Below the pieces are notes generated by a model. It searched no databases. It saw nothing but the letters and a program-made list of their open reading frames with translations, and was not told the origin of the DNA. Below are positions 1 through 9,753 of a stretch of 64,000 nt of DNA, piece by piece. How positions within the stretch are numbered: the first letter of the stretch is position 1; each line of letters opens with the position of its first letter. Origin of the DNA: an uncultured Bacteroidales bacterium (GTDB lineage: Bacteria > Bacteroidota > Bacteroidia > Bacteroidales > JAGOPY01); assembly GCA_964447005.1 (NCBI GenBank), contig CAYUQP010000015.1, positions 22,484-86,483 of the forward strand. Direction: 5' to 3'. Position numbers and translations under genes: made by a program.

Positions 1-61
1 TGAGGAGGGGCTGGGGCATGGTTTCAGTTGGACAACTGGACAAAATTAAAATATTTTTCGC

Positions 62-97
62 TCTTCACGCTTCACTCTTCACGCTTCACTTTTCACT
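62..97. repeat. Heptamer tandem repeat (CTTCACG/CTTCACT) upstream of hypA
   Basis: ctcttcacgcttcactcttcacgcttcact read directly from the sequence. Confidence 0.75.
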
Positions 98-108
98 ATT
101 TTTGCTTC

Positions 109-453
109 ATGCATGAACTCTCCATCGCCCTGAGCATTGTTGAATCCGCCGAAGAAGCTGCCCTGAACAATGGCGCCTCGGTTATCTCGAAAGTAGAAGT
201 CGAGATCGGCACGATGGCCGGCGTCGAGACCGATGCGCTGCTGTTTGCCTGGGATTCGGTCATCCAGAACACGATGGCTCAGAACGCGCCGCTTATCATT
301 CACACGATCCGGGCCGAAGCCAAATGCCTCGAATGCGGCAAGGACTTCCCCATCGATAATTACTTCACGGAATGCCCGCAATGCAAAAGCTTCCGGTACC
401 AGGTCACCAGGGGCAGGGAACTAAAGGTAAGTTCAGTGACTATTGATTGTTAG
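109..453 (+). CDS. hypA: Hydrogenase maturation nickel metallochaperone HypA
   Basis: MHELSIA N-terminal Ni-binding motif plus two CxxC Zn motifs (CLEC, CPQC); true start is Met28 of the ORF-track protein. Confidence 0.95.
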   Translation: MHELSIALSIVESAEEAALNNGASVISKVEVEIGTMAGVETDALLFAWDSVIQNTMAQNAPLIIHTIRAEAKCLECGKDFPIDNYFTECPQCKSFRYQVTRGRELKVSSVTIDC

Positions 454-650
454 CAGTTCTCAATTATCCTTTCCCCATCGCTATCCCTGACCAATTTCCT
501 GGAATTTGGAATTTGGAATTTATAGTCCTACCTTCTTGTAATCTAACAACATACAAAAATATTGAAAAATATTTACCGCGTGACCGGGTATTTTTTCAAA
601 AAAACCGGATAAACATATAAAATCATTATTCAATTCATTAAACCTAAATT

Positions 651-2879
651 ATGAAAACAAACAGATGGAAAAAGAGAATGGCCATATTGCTCATTCTCCT
701 CGCGGGGGGGCATTATATGGCCAGGCCGGGTGTTATTATCACCGGCTTGCTTGATGGAACGCTTGACGGCGGTTGTCCGAAAGTGATTGAAATTTTCGTT
801 ACCGGAACTGAAAACCTGAATTACTACGAGATTTGGAGAAGCCTGAATGGTGCTCCGTTCGGGTCAGGTACCGGTGCGATCGCATCGATGAGCGGCACCT
901 TCACCAATACCTTTGTGTACCTGGTAAAGACCGATCATGTGGACGCCTTCCACGACGTCTTCGGCAATGAAGGCATCTTTGCAAACGTGGTACCGATGGG
1001 CATCATCAACGGAAATGGAAATGACGGTTTCCAGGTAAGGCTGAAGGTGGGATCAGTGGTCATCGACCAGGTGTGGTATGAAAACACTTCGAATTCTTAC
1101 GAGGACAGTTATTGGTATCGAAAGCACGGGACCGGGCCTGACGGCGGCTGGCTGTCGTCCAATTGGGAGACGCCTGGAAATAATGCGCTGGATGGGTTGG
1201 ATCAGGATGGTCTCCAGGCCGCGGTCCCTTTCGGTACTTATGCCATGGCATGGCTGGGAATCTCTGATGACTGGAACAACACCCTGAACTGGTCGCTGGG
1301 AATCATCCCCTCTTTCCAGACCAATGTTCTGGTTATGGAAACGGCGGCTTGCTTCCCGGTAATCACCAATTTTCCGTCGGAACCCGCGGTGTGCATGAAC
1401 CTCACCGTTGCCGACAGCGCCAGCCTGACCGTTCAGGCCGGGAAAGCACTGACAGTGTATGGAGACCTTCGCCTGGACACGCTGACTTCCGGGGAACTCA
1501 ACGATGGGCTGGTGCTTGGCTCCGACCAGGACCAGGTTCAGTCAGGCTCCCTGATCCTGATGGGCAATGTCACCGGCAAGGTCAGGGCACACAGGTACAT
1601 CGGTAAAGATAACGGGTGGCACTTTATTTCCTCCCCGGCAGATACACAGCTCTTTCAGCCTGGATTCGTGCCGGACCCGGTCGATAACACCTACGACCTT
1701 TACTACTGGGAAGAAACCGGCGACCTGTCCTCAGGCTGGGTCAACAGCCGTGATGAAACCGGTCAGTGGAACACCCTTTTCGGGGATGCTTTCATCCCTG
1801 GCAAAGGATACCTGGTGGCTTATTCACCGCTGAATGGCGGCCCGGAGACCAGGACTTTTTCCGGGGCCCCTTTTACCGGCAGCCTGGATTTGCCATTATC
1901 CCACTCCGGGAACTACTGGAACCTGCTGGGCAATCCCTACTCCTGCGCCCTGGATTGGTCTTCTGCAGGAATTAACAAGGAAGCCGTTGCGGGAAGCTCG
2001 ATGTACATCTGGGATCCGTCATGGAATGAAGGCCAGGGAGGTTACCGGATCCACAACGGCGAAATTGGAGTCCCGGCCGGAAACTCACCTTTCATCCCGG
2101 CGCTGCAGGGCTTTTTTGTCCAGTCGTTGGTACCAGGCAATTTAAGCATCGATATCCATACGGATGACCCGCTGGTGCACGGCGACCAGGAGTTCTACAA
2201 GCAGGGCAATGAACTGGCGGGTGAACTGATACGCTTGAGGGTTACTAATGGGAGGTTCTCCGACGAAATCCTGGTCTGCTTTGATGGACGGGCCACCAAC
2301 GAATATGACCCGGAATATGATGCCGTCAAATTGTTCAACGGCCATGAGGGCTGCCCGGAAATATACTCTCTGACCGCTGAGGAGCATAAGCTGGTCATCG
2401 ATATGCTGGGTGAAGCGCCTGTCTCCGTGAATTTGGGACTGTCATACAGTAGCAATGAAGACCTGGCCCTCGAAGCATTCGATTTTGAAGGACTTGAACC
2501 TGCCACGGGGATATTTCTCGAGGACCGGTTGCTGGACACATGGACGGACCTGCGCGAACAGCAGACCTATTCGTTCACTCATGACCCATTGCATACCGAG
2601 GACAGGTTTATACTGCATTTCATGAATACAACGGGCAAAGAAAACCCCAATGCGGATAAGCCAGGCGTCTGGTGTTACGGGAACCAGGTTTATATTGACA
2701 ACCCGGGAAACCAGCCGGCAAGTATTTCAATCTTCACATTGGAGGGAAAGTGCATTCAGCGCTCGGAACTCCGTGAAGGCCGGAGCATGATCACGGTCAG
2801 TGCTTCACCGGGGCTTTATATCCTTAATTTATCGGTTCCTTCGGGCATATCGTATCAGAAGATTTTCATTAACAAATAA
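651..2879 (+). CDS. T9SS-secreted protein (N-terminal lamin-tail-like domain, conserved Bacteroidota central region, type A CTD)
   Basis: Signal-like N-terminus; WHFISSP, PGKGYLV, WNLLGNPY and QGFFV motifs; C-terminal GLYILNL...QKIFINK CTD pattern. Confidence 0.75.
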   Translation: MKTNRWKKRMAILLILLAGGHYMARPGVIITGLLDGTLDGGCPKVIEIFVTGTENLNYYEIWRSLNGAPFGSGTGAIASMSGTFTNTFVYLVKTDHVDAFHDVFGNEGIFANVVPMGIINGNGNDGFQVRLKVGSVVIDQVWYENTSNSYEDSYWYRKHGTGPDGGWLSSNWETPGNNALDGLDQDGLQAAVPFGTYAMAWLGISDDWNNTLNWSLGIIPSFQTNVLVMETAACFPVITNFPSEPAVCMNLTVADSASLTVQAGKALTVYGDLRLDTLTSGELNDGLVLGSDQDQVQSGSLILMGNVTGKVRAHRYIGKDNGWHFISSPADTQLFQPGFVPDPVDNTYDLYYWEETGDLSSGWVNSRDETGQWNTLFGDAFIPGKGYLVAYSPLNGGPETRTFSGAPFTGSLDLPLSHSGNYWNLLGNPYSCALDWSSAGINKEAVAGSSMYIWDPSWNEGQGGYRIHNGEIGVPAGNSPFIPALQGFFVQSLVPGNLSIDIHTDDPLVHGDQEFYKQGNELAGELIRLRVTNGRFSDEILVCFDGRATNEYDPEYDAVKLFNGHEGCPEIYSLTAEEHKLVIDMLGEAPVSVNLGLSYSSNEDLALEAFDFEGLEPATGIFLEDRLLDTWTDLREQQTYSFTHDPLHTEDRFILHFMNTTGKENPNADKPGVWCYGNQVYIDNPGNQPASISIFTLEGKCIQRSELREGRSMITVSASPGLYILNLSVPSGISYQKIFINK

Positions 2880-2896
2880 TTAAACCCAAAATTAAA

Positions 2897-3136
2897 ATGA
2901 AAACAAGAAACATATACCGTTTTCTTATCGTATTGACGATCTCCATGATCTTGTGTTACATAACAGCAAACGGCCAGGCCCCGAATCCTCCCGGAGGCCA
3001 CGGGTACAACGGCAATCAGGGCGGAGGCGGCGCAGCCCCGATCGACGGGGGGGTCTCTATACTGGTATTGGCAAGCCTAGGCTACGGAGCCGCTAAATTC
3101 ATTCAAGCGAAGAAGAAAAATCAAAACGTTTCCTGA
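2897..3136 (+). CDS. Small PID-CTERM-type membrane-anchored protein
   Basis: Signal peptide, G/P/N-rich linker, then APIDGGVSILVLASLGYG transmembrane segment and basic tail KKKNQ. Confidence 0.8.
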   Translation: MKTRNIYRFLIVLTISMILCYITANGQAPNPPGGHGYNGNQGGGGAAPIDGGVSILVLASLGYGAAKFIQAKKKNQNVS

Positions 3137-3147
3137 ATTCGGGAATA

Positions 3148-3222
3148 GAACACGAATGACACGAATAAACGAATGATCACGAATCTGATCCGTGTAAATC
3201 CGTTGCATTCGTGTCATCCGTG
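3148..3222. repeat. Inverted pair of short tandem repeats (CACGAAT / ATTCGTG) between convergent genes; possible bidirectional terminator
   Basis: aacacgaatgacacgaat... on the left pairs with attcgtgtcatccgtgt on the right. Confidence 0.6.
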
Positions 3223-3224
3223 TG

Positions 3225-6044
3225 CTATGGCAATATCAGCGTCTTGACAGAAGATGACTTTTCGGAAGTGGCATGAATGAAATATACTCCGGAATTTAAG
3301 CCTTTATTATCTACTGACCAATTGAATTTATGATTTCCTGAATTAAAACTTGCTTTCACTATTTCATCCACTTTCCTTCCCATTATATCGTACACAATGA
3401 TATTCAGCAAACACGGTTCGGTCAATTCCACTTCAATGTTAAAATCCCTGGAAGGGTTCGGATAGACTTTCAGAAAGCCCTCACTGCGGTCATCATTATC
3501 TTCGATACCTGTGCCGATGATTGGCGTGGGGAGCTGGACATCCGTATACATCCGGTATTCGCCGGCCTGAAGGGTCATGGTTGTGGCCAGGCCGGTCACT
3601 TCCAGCGGCTGGCCGGTGAAGTATTCGTACCAGGTGCCTGTATGAGCGAAGCCGGGAACAATGGTCCCTTCCTTGACATCAAAATTTCCGAGAATAAGCA
3701 CGTTCATCGTGCTGTGCGCCAGGGTCATCTTCTTCATGGCGCCGGCAACAAACAGGTCGAAGTCCTCTGTTTCAAAGACAGGCTGTTCAATACGCAGCCC
3801 GATCAATGCGCCGTAAAAGTCCGCAAGGTATTTCCTCCGGCTATCATCCAGGTAATCCCATCTTACCGGTTTTTCACCGGTACGGCCGTTATAGTCGATT
3901 GAATAATCATAACCTATTTCGCCGAACTGCCACACTAATTTCGGGCCGGGGATAGTAAAGAAAAACAATGCATTCATGGCCATCCGGTGAAGGGCTGTGG
4001 CAGTATCTTTTATACTGTAATCACCCTGAATCTTACCCCAGGTTTCGCATTTATAAGTAAGCCGCTCTTCATCATGGCTTTCCATGTAACCAATTACATG
4101 GGGATCGTTCCATCCCCGCTTCTGATAATCAATCCATGAAAAATCCGATTCATTATTGTTCAGGTAAGACATAGCAGCCTGACCATAATTCCAATTCAGG
4201 TTTCCCCACAAAAGAATCCCATAATCTGCCAACTCCTTCTCTTCGGAGTTATCGGTCAGGTGCTCTATTGAAACTATTCCATCCGGATATCTTGCCCAGA
4301 TTGCATCGGCCATTCTTTTGATCAACCTAATCCTGTCAGCATCATAGTTATTTCCCCAGTAATCATCTTCACCCTTATAATTGTTACCATATCCTTTCGT
4401 AAAATCAAAACGGAATCCATCCAACTTATATTCTTTCATCCAATAGGCATTCACACTATCTATAAATTGCTGAGTATAAATACTCTCATGGTTGAAATCA
4501 CTACCACCCCATGATAAATCCGGATTCAGAAAGTTTGTGCTGACATTATACCATGGATTGTCCGGTGTAGGCTTGCTTCCATCAAAATACATCAATACCA
4601 TCGGGCTGGAATTATACGTATGATTAAAAACCATGTCCATAAGTACTGCTATTTCTCGTTTATGGCATTCATCAATAAAATGTTTCAGTTCATTCTTCGG
4701 CCCATAATACTTATCTGGTGCAAAGTAAAATACAGGCTCATAACCCCAGCTGATATTCCCGTTGAATTCATTGAAAGGCATAAGCTCGATAGCATTAACC
4801 CCCAAATCTTCAAGGTAATCAAGCTTTTCTATCAATGCCGCATAGGTATGTTCTGTTGTAAAATCCCTGGTCAGAACTTCATAAATTACAAGATCTGTTG
4901 TGGATACTGGTGAAAAATCTTCTACTTCCCATTCATAAGGTTGCTGGTTTGTTTGAATTACAGTCGCAATCCCTGTGGTCTTTCCATCAGGATAATCTAT
5001 CAAACCGGGATAGATATCCTCTGTAATATACTTATCATGGAATGGATCGCTGGTCTTGTCGGCATACGGGTCCCCCACCCTGATCTTTCCATCGATAAAA
5101 TACTGGTAAACATATTCCTTTCCCGGCTCCAGCCCGTCGATCTCAATCCAGTAACGCATTCCGTCGGGAGTCCGTTTCATGTAATACGCCTCATCGATAT
5201 CCCAGTTATTGAAATCCCCTATTACATAAATGTATTCTTTATAAGGTGCAAAAAGGCTCAGGACCACCGACTGGCTCCCTGTGTAATTCGTACCGTCGAA
5301 AACACCTGCCGGGCGTGCTTCAATTGTAACGGGCGGCCTGACATGATAATAGAAGGAATCAGCCACCATTTGCTCTGAATTTTTAGCAATTGCTTTAATA
5401 CAAAACTTACCATCTTCACTGGCTGTGATAGTATCCCTGAGATAATTACCCGCTACTTGTTTCAGCAATTCATTTCCTTTGTAAAGCATCACTGAATCGG
5501 CCTCATTGGCATTAACTTCGGTGATGAATGACTCCTCAAGCTGCACGATGACGGGGAACTGCTGCGGCAGAGCAAATGAAACCGACAATCCGGGCTCGAA
5601 AACATCGATAAAAATATCCCCTCCCGATTCGGTCTTACCTTCAAGCCATATGCCTCCCACCTGGGCAGCACTCCTGAAAACAAAAGCCATTTGCAAGATC
5701 TTTTCATTGGCCGGAACACCGTAATAATCTCGAATAGCTGGTGTTATATTTAAAGAATAAAGGTCCTGCCCGATCCGTGTCAGCTTTGTTTCAGGCGTAT
5801 TTTCCCCCCAGTCTGTCATCACGTATTGCCAGTCCGAACCACCGGCACTATATTGTGTAATGACGCCGGTATGGGCATAAACATCGCCGGTATAACCTGC
5901 CAGGCCACCGGAGCCAAGCGCCGCATTGAACGTAACGGTCACAGGGTTGGTAACGATGGGCAGCGGCGGGTCGGTGGTTACCAATTGGGCATTGACAATA
6001 ATTCCGATGAGGAATATGCAAAGTGTGACAAGGAGTTTTCTCAT
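3225..6044 (-). CDS. T9SS-secreted GH13 alpha-amylase/pullulanase-like enzyme with CBM48-type domain
   Basis: GH13 motifs DMVFNH, GFRFDFTKG, IEHL, ESHDEE; YIYVIGDFNNW CBM48-like motif; YPNP...GVYFI CTD; start MRKLL supported by promoter at 6063-6070. Confidence 0.9.
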   Translation of the reverse strand: MRKLLVTLCIFLIGIIVNAQLVTTDPPLPIVTNPVTVTFNAALGSGGLAGYTGDVYAHTGVITQYSAGGSDWQYVMTDWGENTPETKLTRIGQDLYSLNITPAIRDYYGVPANEKILQMAFVFRSAAQVGGIWLEGKTESGGDIFIDVFEPGLSVSFALPQQFPVIVQLEESFITEVNANEADSVMLYKGNELLKQVAGNYLRDTITASEDGKFCIKAIAKNSEQMVADSFYYHVRPPVTIEARPAGVFDGTNYTGSQSVVLSLFAPYKEYIYVIGDFNNWDIDEAYYMKRTPDGMRYWIEIDGLEPGKEYVYQYFIDGKIRVGDPYADKTSDPFHDKYITEDIYPGLIDYPDGKTTGIATVIQTNQQPYEWEVEDFSPVSTTDLVIYEVLTRDFTTEHTYAALIEKLDYLEDLGVNAIELMPFNEFNGNISWGYEPVFYFAPDKYYGPKNELKHFIDECHKREIAVLMDMVFNHTYNSSPMVLMYFDGSKPTPDNPWYNVSTNFLNPDLSWGGSDFNHESIYTQQFIDSVNAYWMKEYKLDGFRFDFTKGYGNNYKGEDDYWGNNYDADRIRLIKRMADAIWARYPDGIVSIEHLTDNSEEKELADYGILLWGNLNWNYGQAAMSYLNNNESDFSWIDYQKRGWNDPHVIGYMESHDEERLTYKCETWGKIQGDYSIKDTATALHRMAMNALFFFTIPGPKLVWQFGEIGYDYSIDYNGRTGEKPVRWDYLDDSRRKYLADFYGALIGLRIEQPVFETEDFDLFVAGAMKKMTLAHSTMNVLILGNFDVKEGTIVPGFAHTGTWYEYFTGQPLEVTGLATTMTLQAGEYRMYTDVQLPTPIIGTGIEDNDDRSEGFLKVYPNPSRDFNIEVELTEPCLLNIIVYDIMGRKVDEIVKASFNSGNHKFNWSVDNKGLNSGVYFIHATSEKSSSVKTLILP

Positions 6045-6062
6045 AAAATGTTGAATTTTATG

Positions 6063-6070
6063 CAAAAATA
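6063..6070 (-). promoter_or_regulatory. Bacteroidota housekeeping -7 promoter element (TATTTTTG)
   Basis: Exact TAnnTTTG match 18 nt upstream of the 6044 start. Confidence 0.65.
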
Positions 6071-6136
6071 GGCAATAAAAGAGACTGTCCTAAAAGTCCA
6101 GATCCATTCTTGTTAATCATTCTGACGATTTGAATT

Positions 6137-6389
6137 CCGACGGCTTTTGTCGTCGGGTCTGACAACCTCACCCCCTTTACCCCCTGCCCCCTATTGAGGG
6201 TGTAACAGAACTCTTAAATTAATGGAAAAATCTCTTTGCGAAACTTTGCGGTATCTTTGCGAATCTTTGTGTAACAGCCCTTTAGCTATTACGCAAAGCT
6301 ACACAAAGCAGACACAAAGTTACGCAAAGAGACTTCTGTTACACCCTCACGGGGGGTGAGGTTAAGAAACCGGCGGCTTTAGTCGTCGG
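6137..6389. repeat. Nested palindromic element bracketed by two REP-like hairpins
   Basis: REP copies at 6137-6156 and 6370-6389; inverted arms 6164-6175/6352-6363, 6196-6210/6334-6348 (15 bp perfect) and 6231-6240/6323-6332; inner CTTTGCG/CGCAAAG repeats. Confidence 0.85.
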
Positions 6390-6395
6390 CGATAC

Positions 6396-6432
6396 AAAAA
6401 AAAAGGGGCTGCTCAAACTTATGAGCAGCCCC
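6396..6432 (-). terminator. Rho-independent terminator of the scaffold gene
   Basis: 11-bp stem GGGGCTGCTCA/TGAGCAGCCCC, 6-nt loop, U9 tail on the minus strand. Confidence 0.85.
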
Positions 6433-6456
6433 ATATTTTTTATTAAATAAACGCTA

Positions 6457-9400
6457 CTACTGAACGATGAGCTTCTTCACCGCTTTCACACCGTTCTTGC
6501 CGGTAATGTTCACAAAGTACATTCCGGAAGTGAAACTGGAGGCGTTAAGTTGGATCAGTTCATCTGAGCTGACCGTCATTTGCCTGTTGACGATCGTTCG
6601 CCCGGCGATGTCCATGATATTCAGGGTCACCTCACCGGTAAAGATGTCGCTGTTCATTCTCAGGTAAACATTGTCGTTGGCCGGGTTGGGGAACAGGACA
6701 ACTTCATTGCTGTAATCTACAATGTCGGCAATCCCGAAAGTATAAGGCCCACCGGCAAGCTGGAGGTCACCAAGATCACCGGTATTGCTCCAGTTGCTGC
6801 CCGTTCCGTACCACACACTCTGACCTGTGCGTGCAACACCGTCATCGTTGTCATCATTACCAAGGCTGAATCCGAATGATCTGCCTTTTCCGGGGATAAA
6901 TCCGAATGCATCCCATCCTATTCTTAATTCTACATTATAACCGTCACCTGTCATTACAATCTTCGATTCCCAGTTAGTGAACTGCACACCGTCAGCCTTT
7001 AACCACAAAACGGTGTCAACAAACGGGTCAGTGATCATCTGGATCAACTGGGTATCAAAATCGCCGTCATAAGTGCCATCCCTGTCGTGGTTACCATCGA
7101 TATAATACTCAATGGCATCACTGTTCCACGGGTCAGAAAGAGCAAAGATATTGGCGTCGACGACTTTTACGCCAAGGTACCAGTTGTCCTTATCCCATTT
7201 AGATCCCCAGGTGACTGTATTATCAGTTGTTCCTTCAACGACGATTGCCGATGAATATGTTAGATTGAATTCAGACAGGTCACCGTCGATGGTTACCGGG
7301 GTATCGGTATAATCGGAATAAGCCACTCCGTCGTCAGCCGGTTCACTGGTAAAGGTATAAGCGCCGGTCATGCAGTCGAAGCCGACCCTGTAACGACCGG
7401 TAACGGCGGGGATTGCTGCACCGTTAAGTGTGGCAGTTCCTGCCGGGAAATCACCGGCGCCCCACATCACGGCTTCACTCATATCTTTTCTGAAAAACAG
7501 ATCCTGATTTTCAAACATCTCAAAGTTGCCCACATAGTAGGTTGGCTGGTCTGACGGGGTATTCAGCAGGACATCACCCACGTTTGCGTTGTATAAAGTA
7601 ATACAGCCGCAGGATAATGTACCAAACAGCAGGTCACCGAAGGCGGAAGTAACCTGGTAGTTTTGCAGGCCACCGTTCCATGCCATCTGGTAATCGATAC
7701 TTGTTCCGGAATCACTGTCGCTGATGATCAGGTCAAATCCGATCTGATTGCCCATTACTGCTGTTACGCCAAGTTCTGACCAGGGGATGGCCAGTTCCGC
7801 GGTATAGCCATCACCAAGCGGCTTCACGGCAAATCCAAGCTGGATACCTTCGATTGTATCCGGATGGACTACGATGACCACGGGTCCGGCAAAGCGGATA
7901 TGCAGGTCATTTTCATCATAGGCGCCGCCGTTCTTATTTCCATCGATGAAGAGCTCGCCCATTTCCATTGGGGTCAGTGCTCCGTCCATCACATCCAGCC
8001 CGACGAACAAATATTCATCATTATAGGTCACGCCGAAATAAATCAAGTTAGGATCTTCGGTCAGTGTACCGTTGACCACATTGCTGATGTTCTGATCGAT
8101 ATTCCAGTCGGCTTCGTCAAGCTGTCCGTCAACTACCATGTTGAACACTTTGGGAGCGATCACCGCATTCCCCAGGCGGACGAACTTGAAGTCGCCGGAT
8201 TTGCAATTGAAATAGATCTGGTATTTACCACCGGGAACGTCAATCAAAGCGGTCGGGTCCTGCACACCGGTTCCTTCCGGGAAGGTACCGCCCCATACAT
8301 TGGCAAATGTCTGGTCGGCATCCATGCGGAAGAGGAGCTGGGTGCTGGAGGTAAAGTTATATTCCAGGGAGAACTGGCTCGGGTACATCGGGTCGCGGAC
8401 CATCCATACATCCGTTGGAGGATCGCCGGCGCCCCAGCCGTTGAAGTCGCCCACGAGGCCGATCTCACCGCAGAAGTTCGGATTGGCGGTGAAGTTGTAT
8501 TCAAAGGTCGTGGTGTTGAAAGTCACATCATATTTGCCGGCCACCAGCGGGATGTTCGGGCCGTTGGGCGTACCGGTCCCGCTCGGGAAGGTATTGTTAC
8601 CCCAGTTGGCACTCCAATCCTTATTTTCACGGAATTTGACATCCGAATTGGCAAACCATGAACGGGACAGTTTCCAGAGGTTTGGATTCATCGCATCCCT
8701 GTTCATCGGGACATCGCCGTTCCAGCCGTTGAACGCGCCGATCATGCTGATGGCGCCGCTGGCCGCAGTAAAGGTGTAAGCACCGGTGGAGCAGTTAAAG
8801 GTCACCATGTAATCGGTGGTCAGGCCTGATCCATCAACAGGCGCCATGATATTCGGGCCGTCCTGGGTAGCTGTACCGGACGGAAAGTCAGCGCCACCCC
8901 AGTTTACGCCCCAGTCGCTATTCTGGCGGAATTTCATTTCCACGATGCCGTCGGCATTGCCATCAGCGGAAGCATCCAGGGTAAGAATGACCGACCATTC
9001 ATTCGGGCTGGCCATGTTACGGGTCATCCAGTAATCTTCGGCCCATCCGTTGAATTCACCGATCAGGCCAATGTTACCGCAGGTGCTGGTGAAATTGTAA
9101 GCGCCTGTTGAGCAGTTAAACTCGACCTTGTAGGAACCAACCGGCACCGGAACATTCGGGCCGTCCTGGGTAGCTGTCCCTGACGGGAAATCAGCACCGC
9201 CCCAGTTCACTCCCCAGTCGGAATTCTGGCGGAATTTCAATTCTACAATGCCGTCGCTGTTACCGTCGCTGCCGGCCGTGAAAATAACGATAGCGCTCCA
9301 GACATTCGGATCCATGGCGCTGCGGGTCATCCACTCGTCAGCGGCCCAGCCGTTGAATTCGCCGATCATGCCGATCTCACCGCAAGTGGCCTGGAAACTG

Positions 9401-9753
9401 TATGACCCCGTGCTGCAGTTAAAGGATACGAGATAATTTCCATACGGGACCGGGATATTTGGCCCGTCCGGCGTAGCAGTTCCTGAAGGAAAATCAGCTC
9501 CGCCCCAGTTGGTTGCCCAATCGGAATTGGCACGGAATTTCATTTCAATAATACCATCGGCATTGCCATCATCGCCGGCGCCAACCGACAGAATCACCGT
9601 GAAAAGTTCGGGCTGTTCAGGGTTACGGACCATCCAGTAATCGGCGGCCCAGCCGTTAAATTCGCCAATGAGACCGACTCGTCCGCACTGGCCCATCACT
9701 TCAGTTGTAATAAATGAAGCGAGAATCATTAAGAATAGTAAAGATTTTTTCAT
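6457..9753 (-). CDS. T9SS-secreted non-catalytic multi-module protein: five tandem SusE/F-like beta-sandwich modules, a CBM9-like domain, a sixth degenerate module, a second CBM9-like domain and a CTD
   Basis: Repeats of CGx(I/V)GLIGEFNGW...MKFRxNxDWxxNWG...FNC; two VDGxLxExxW/IDGDLSE...YIDGN...GFxLxxxDxD CBM9-like units; FPNP...GMYFV CTD. Confidence 0.85.
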   Translation of the reverse strand: MKKSLLFLMILASFITTEVMGQCGRVGLIGEFNGWAADYWMVRNPEQPELFTVILSVGAGDDGNADGIIEMKFRANSDWATNWGGADFPSGTATPDGPNIPVPYGNYLVSFNCSTGSYSFQATCGEIGMIGEFNGWAADEWMTRSAMDPNVWSAIVIFTAGSDGNSDGIVELKFRQNSDWGVNWGGADFPSGTATQDGPNVPVPVGSYKVEFNCSTGAYNFTSTCGNIGLIGEFNGWAEDYWMTRNMASPNEWSVILTLDASADGNADGIVEMKFRQNSDWGVNWGGADFPSGTATQDGPNIMAPVDGSGLTTDYMVTFNCSTGAYTFTAASGAISMIGAFNGWNGDVPMNRDAMNPNLWKLSRSWFANSDVKFRENKDWSANWGNNTFPSGTGTPNGPNIPLVAGKYDVTFNTTTFEYNFTANPNFCGEIGLVGDFNGWGAGDPPTDVWMVRDPMYPSQFSLEYNFTSSTQLLFRMDADQTFANVWGGTFPEGTGVQDPTALIDVPGGKYQIYFNCKSGDFKFVRLGNAVIAPKVFNMVVDGQLDEADWNIDQNISNVVNGTLTEDPNLIYFGVTYNDEYLFVGLDVMDGALTPMEMGELFIDGNKNGGAYDENDLHIRFAGPVVIVVHPDTIEGIQLGFAVKPLGDGYTAELAIPWSELGVTAVMGNQIGFDLIISDSDSGTSIDYQMAWNGGLQNYQVTSAFGDLLFGTLSCGCITLYNANVGDVLLNTPSDQPTYYVGNFEMFENQDLFFRKDMSEAVMWGAGDFPAGTATLNGAAIPAVTGRYRVGFDCMTGAYTFTSEPADDGVAYSDYTDTPVTIDGDLSEFNLTYSSAIVVEGTTDNTVTWGSKWDKDNWYLGVKVVDANIFALSDPWNSDAIEYYIDGNHDRDGTYDGDFDTQLIQMITDPFVDTVLWLKADGVQFTNWESKIVMTGDGYNVELRIGWDAFGFIPGKGRSFGFSLGNDDNDDGVARTGQSVWYGTGSNWSNTGDLGDLQLAGGPYTFGIADIVDYSNEVVLFPNPANDNVYLRMNSDIFTGEVTLNIMDIAGRTIVNRQMTVSSDELIQLNASSFTSGMYFVNITGKNGVKAVKKLIVQ

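Noticed and set aside
28-108. N-terminal extension of HypA in the ORF track
   Set aside because: It is translated heptamer repeat; the HypA family starts at MHE (109)
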